Position numbers and translations under genes: made by a program. Of a stretch of DNA of 64,000 nucleotides, positions 60,966 to 64,000 are shown in pieces (positions within the stretch are counted from its first letter, which is position 1; every line of letters begins with the position of its first letter). The stretch comes from Candidatus Omnitrophota bacterium (lineage in GTDB: Bacteria; Omnitrophota; Gorgyraeia; S143-82): the NCBI GenBank assembly GCA_015494465.1, contig WGBD01000002.1, positions 3,683 through 67,682 on the forward strand, given 5' to 3'. The notes under the pieces are model-generated. The model worked only from the letters and a program-made list of their open reading frames with translations, had not been told where the DNA came from and did no database searches.

Positions 60966-62675
60966 TCACTTAGCGGTTACCCTGAAGACCTCTTCCAGAC
61001 TGGTTATACCTTCGGCTGCCTTCTTTATCGCATCCTCCCGCATCGTCCTCATACCTTCCGCAACAGCAGCCTCACGGATCTCCGGTTCCTCTGCGCCCTT
61101 GGCGATCAACTCTCTTATCTTCGGGGTGAGGATCATGATCTCCGCAACGTTGGTTCTACCCTTGTAACCTATCTGGAGGCACTTGTTACATCCCTTTGGT
61201 CGATAAAATGTCGTTCCCACATACTCTTTGTTAATCCTCAGCCTCTCAGCCATCTCTTCGGTGAGAGTATAAGGCTCCTTACAGTTCTCACAGAGCTTCC
61301 TCAACAACCTCTGTCCCATAATCCCTATCACCGAGGCGGTTATCAAGAAAGGCTCAACCCCCATGTTCACCATCCTCACTACGGCACCGGGAGCGGTGTT
61401 AGTATGTAGAGTGGTCAATACGAGGTGCCCGGTCAAGGCAGCCTTTATGGCTATGTCCATCGTCTCGTGATCGCGGATCTCACCTATCAGGATTATGTCC
61501 GGATCCTGCCTTAGTATGGACCTCAAGGCGGATGCAAATGTCAATCCCACCTCGTGGTTTACTTGTACCTGGTTGATGCCTCTCAATTGATACTCTACCG
61601 GATCCTCGACGGTGATTATGTTCTTCTCTGGAGCATCGATGTAGCGCAGTACTGAGTAGAGTGTAGTCGACTTACCACTTCCCGTGGGACCGGTTACTAT
61701 AAACATCCCGTGAGGTCTTCTCACCGCCCGCTTTATCTTTTCCAGGGTATCGGGATAGAACCCAAGGTTGTCCAGATCCAGCATCACCGCACCCTTGTCC
61801 AATATGCGCAAACAGGCCTTTTCCCCAAAGGCCGACGGTACTATAGAGATCCTGAAGTCCACGATCCTGCCACCGATCTTCATGCGGAACTTGCCATCTT
61901 GAGGAAGGCGGTGTTCGGATATGTCCATCCTTCCCAAGACCTTGATACGAGATATTATCGCCTCGTGCAAGTACCTAGGGGGAGATTCCACCTCCTGAAG
62001 GATCCCGTCGACCCTATACCTTACCCGCATGTGCTTCTCGAACGGCTCTATGAATATGTCACTGGCCTTCAGCTTCACTCCGGTCTCCACGATCTTGTTC
62101 ACCGCCCGCACCGCGGGCGCCATCTGCAGTTCTACATTCTCAACGCCTTCCTCTTCCTCTTTTTTCTCTGGAACCAGCTCTATATCCTCCTCACCGAAGT
62201 CCTCCAACAGTCCCTGGAGTGCCTCGGCGCTGTTCTCGTCCTCTTCCTCTCCCAGTTTCCCAATCAATTCTTTAACCTCTTCTTCAGAGGTAAGACACAC
62301 CGCCACCTGCTTACCAGTGCGCAGTCGCACATCGTCCACTGCTATGTAATTCCAAGGATCCACCATGGCTAGGGTAAGGACATCCTTCACCAAGGATATT
62401 GGGACCACGCGGTAGCGTTTGATCACATCTATAGGTATAAGTTCCAATATCTCGCTGGAGAGCTTGAGCCTAGAGAGCTTGAAGAAGGGCACCCCAAGTC
62501 CCTTCGCCAAGACCATGGTGAGCATCTCTTTTTCGACGATGTTCAGCTGGATTATCGCATCAAAAAAGTCTATGTTCTTCTCCCTAGCGTACCCGACTAT
62601 CTTCGGGATGTCTGCACGGGAGATAATCTCCTCTTTTATGAGGATGTTAACCAGTTCCTCCTTAAGCCAGGCCAT
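60966..62675 (-). CDS. GspE/PilB family secretion ATPase (copy 1)
   Basis: ASDIFIEP, GPTGSGKST, LRQDPD, GEIRD, CENC..CNKC. Confidence 0.92.
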   Translation of the reverse strand: MAWLKEELVNILIKEEIISRADIPKIVGYAREKNIDFFDAIIQLNIVEKEMLTMVLAKGLGVPFFKLSRLKLSSEILELIPIDVIKRYRVVPISLVKDVLTLAMVDPWNYIAVDDVRLRTGKQVAVCLTSEEEVKELIGKLGEEEDENSAEALQGLLEDFGEEDIELVPEKKEEEEGVENVELQMAPAVRAVNKIVETGVKLKASDIFIEPFEKHMRVRYRVDGILQEVESPPRYLHEAIISRIKVLGRMDISEHRLPQDGKFRMKIGGRIVDFRISIVPSAFGEKACLRILDKGAVMLDLDNLGFYPDTLEKIKRAVRRPHGMFIVTGPTGSGKSTTLYSVLRYIDAPEKNIITVEDPVEYQLRGINQVQVNHEVGLTFASALRSILRQDPDIILIGEIRDHETMDIAIKAALTGHLVLTTLHTNTAPGAVVRMVNMGVEPFLITASVIGIMGQRLLRKLCENCKEPYTLTEEMAERLRINKEYVGTTFYRPKGCNKCLQIGYKGRTNVAEIMILTPKIRELIAKGAEEPEIREAAVAEGMRTMREDAIKKAAEGITSLEEVFRVTAK

Positions 62676-63117
62676 AGCTCTCCTTATACCTGTTCAGGAC
62701 TTCCTTTATCTCGCTTGGTGTGGCGATGAAACTCACCACATCCAAACCCGCCTCTTCCTTTATGTAGCCGGCTATGGAATCGTCCAAAGGATTAGCAGCG
62801 GAAATGGTCACTACCGATCCTATTAGGTAGACAGGGACGAACTCCCGGCTTTCCATCTCAAACACTGGAAAGCGCATGAACAATTCGAAATCTAGTTCGT
62901 AATCATCTAAGGGAAGATAAGGGATCTCGTACTGGGACATCAAGGCGAACATTATGTCCCGCTCGGTTGCGTAACCCTTGCGGATGAGCAATTCCCCTGT
63001 CAGCCCGCCCTCTTTCTCCCTGAGCTCGAGCACCTCGCGAAGTTGCTCTGGAGAAACGACTCCCTTCTCGATAAGGATCTTGCCTAGTGGCTTGTGGACG
63101 ATTCGCTTGTAGAACAT
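62662..63117 (-). CDS. stand-alone MshEN (T2SSE_N) domain protein
   Basis: PLGKILIEKGVVSPEQLREVL...TGELLIRKGY...ALMSQ; no ATPase domain. Confidence 0.78.
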   Translation of the reverse strand: MFYKRIVHKPLGKILIEKGVVSPEQLREVLELREKEGGLTGELLIRKGYATERDIMFALMSQYEIPYLPLDDYELDFELFMRFPVFEMESREFVPVYLIGSVVTISAANPLDDSIAGYIKEEAGLDVVSFIATPSEIKEVLNRYKESYGLA

Positions 63118-63953
63118 CAGTCCACCTTTATCTCCGTCCCGACGCCCTTTTTGGTGAATATCTCTAACAATAGCGCGTGTTTGTGCTTTGCGTTCACCAC
63201 GTGGACCTTCTTTACCCCCCTCTCGAGTGCGGATAGACCTGCCTCCACCTTAGGTAGCATCCCCCCGCTAATCACGCCGGTGGAGACGAAACGCCTTATC
63301 CTATTGGCGTCAACCGAAGACAACAACCTGTCTTTATACATTATACCGTCCACATTGGTCAAAAACACCAATTTCTCAACTCCCAAGGCCACCGATATCT
63401 CCGCAGCAGACAGATCCGCATTCACATTGTAGAGCTTCCCCTTGCGATCTACCCCAAAAGGGGCTATTACTGGGATGATCCCTTTGGACAGGAGGGAGAA
63501 TATCGGATTGGCATTTATCCCGATTATCTCCCCGACGTATCCCAATTCCTCCGACCTCTGCCTGGCCTTTATTACCGCATCCTTATCTATGAGACCGAGG
63601 GCAGGGCACCTCAACTCCCTAAGTTCCCTTACGATCTGGGCATTTATCTTCTTCAGCTCCCGCACTACCACCTTTAAGACCCTGGAATTCGTCTTCCGGA
63701 GCCCGTTTACGAACTCCGGGACGATCCCTTTTGCCCTCAAGGCCTTATTTATGCTCGGTCCTCCACCATGGACCAAGACCGGCCTAATGCCCACATAGTG
63801 CATAAACACGATGTCCTGAAGCACGGACCTGCGGATCGAGGCATCCTCCAAGGAGCTCCCACCGTACTTTATCACGAAGACCTTCCCGTGAAAGGCCTGT
63901 ATGTAAGGTAAGGCCTCCAACAAGACCTTGGCCTTATCTACCGCGGTCTTCAT
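63117..63953 (-). CDS. argB: acetylglutamate kinase
   Basis: VIKYGG, VHGGGP, YNVNAD, GGMLPK, GVGT. Confidence 0.95.
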   Translation of the reverse strand: MKTAVDKAKVLLEALPYIQAFHGKVFVIKYGGSSLEDASIRRSVLQDIVFMHYVGIRPVLVHGGGPSINKALRAKGIVPEFVNGLRKTNSRVLKVVVRELKKINAQIVRELRELRCPALGLIDKDAVIKARQRSEELGYVGEIIGINANPIFSLLSKGIIPVIAPFGVDRKGKLYNVNADLSAAEISVALGVEKLVFLTNVDGIMYKDRLLSSVDANRIRRFVSTGVISGGMLPKVEAGLSALERGVKKVHVVNAKHKHALLLEIFTKKGVGTEIKVD

Positions 63954-64000
63954 CCCTCACTGCCTCCTTCACAATCTCTGCGCTCTGTGGTATATTTAAA

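Noticed and set aside
915-63798. Many long plus-strand ORFs (e.g. 3470-4429, 9019-9951, 26741-27718, 41193-41954)
   Set aside because: Antisense shadows of well-supported minus-strand genes, with no recognisable motifs

Overview
A very gene-dense 64 kb bacterial chromosome segment. All but two CDS, and two of the three tRNAs, lie on the minus strand, and many genes overlap. It is mostly housekeeping: argS, rsfS, lepB, leuB/leuC, pyrF, nth, purN, frr-pyrH-tsf-rpsB, tgt, nadC, valS, infB-nusA, prmC-prfA, trpA, folP-ftsH-tilS, metF-folD, xerD and argB, plus tRNA-Lys, tRNA-Phe and tRNA-Met. Envelope and motility modules are interspersed: (i) an MCP / solute-binding protein / LolA-like / OM-barrel operon with a nearby MMPL transporter; (ii) a flagellar filament locus (sigma28/CsrA-type fliC, flaG, a giant 1489-aa fliD, fliS) followed by an AT-richer flagellin-glycosylation cassette (GT4, Maf, unknown, NeuC); (iii) a PEP-CTERM gene with a sigma54 promoter and enhancer-like sites; (iv) T2SS/T4P genes (GspG, GspH-like, two PilB/GspE ATPases, a stand-alone MshEN protein). 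A prepilin/H-X9-DG-type protein and the planctomycete-like flagellin/FliD suggest a PVC-superphylum organism, possibly Ca. Omnitrophota (inference only). Most notable: a flagellar cap with about 8 internal repeats and an inserted F5/8-type-C (CBM32-like) domain, i.e. a possible flagellar-tip lectin, and an archease ORF whose conserved N-terminus can only be translated by starting within or upstream of a tRNA-Lys gene. No CRISPR array, rRNA or transposase was seen.
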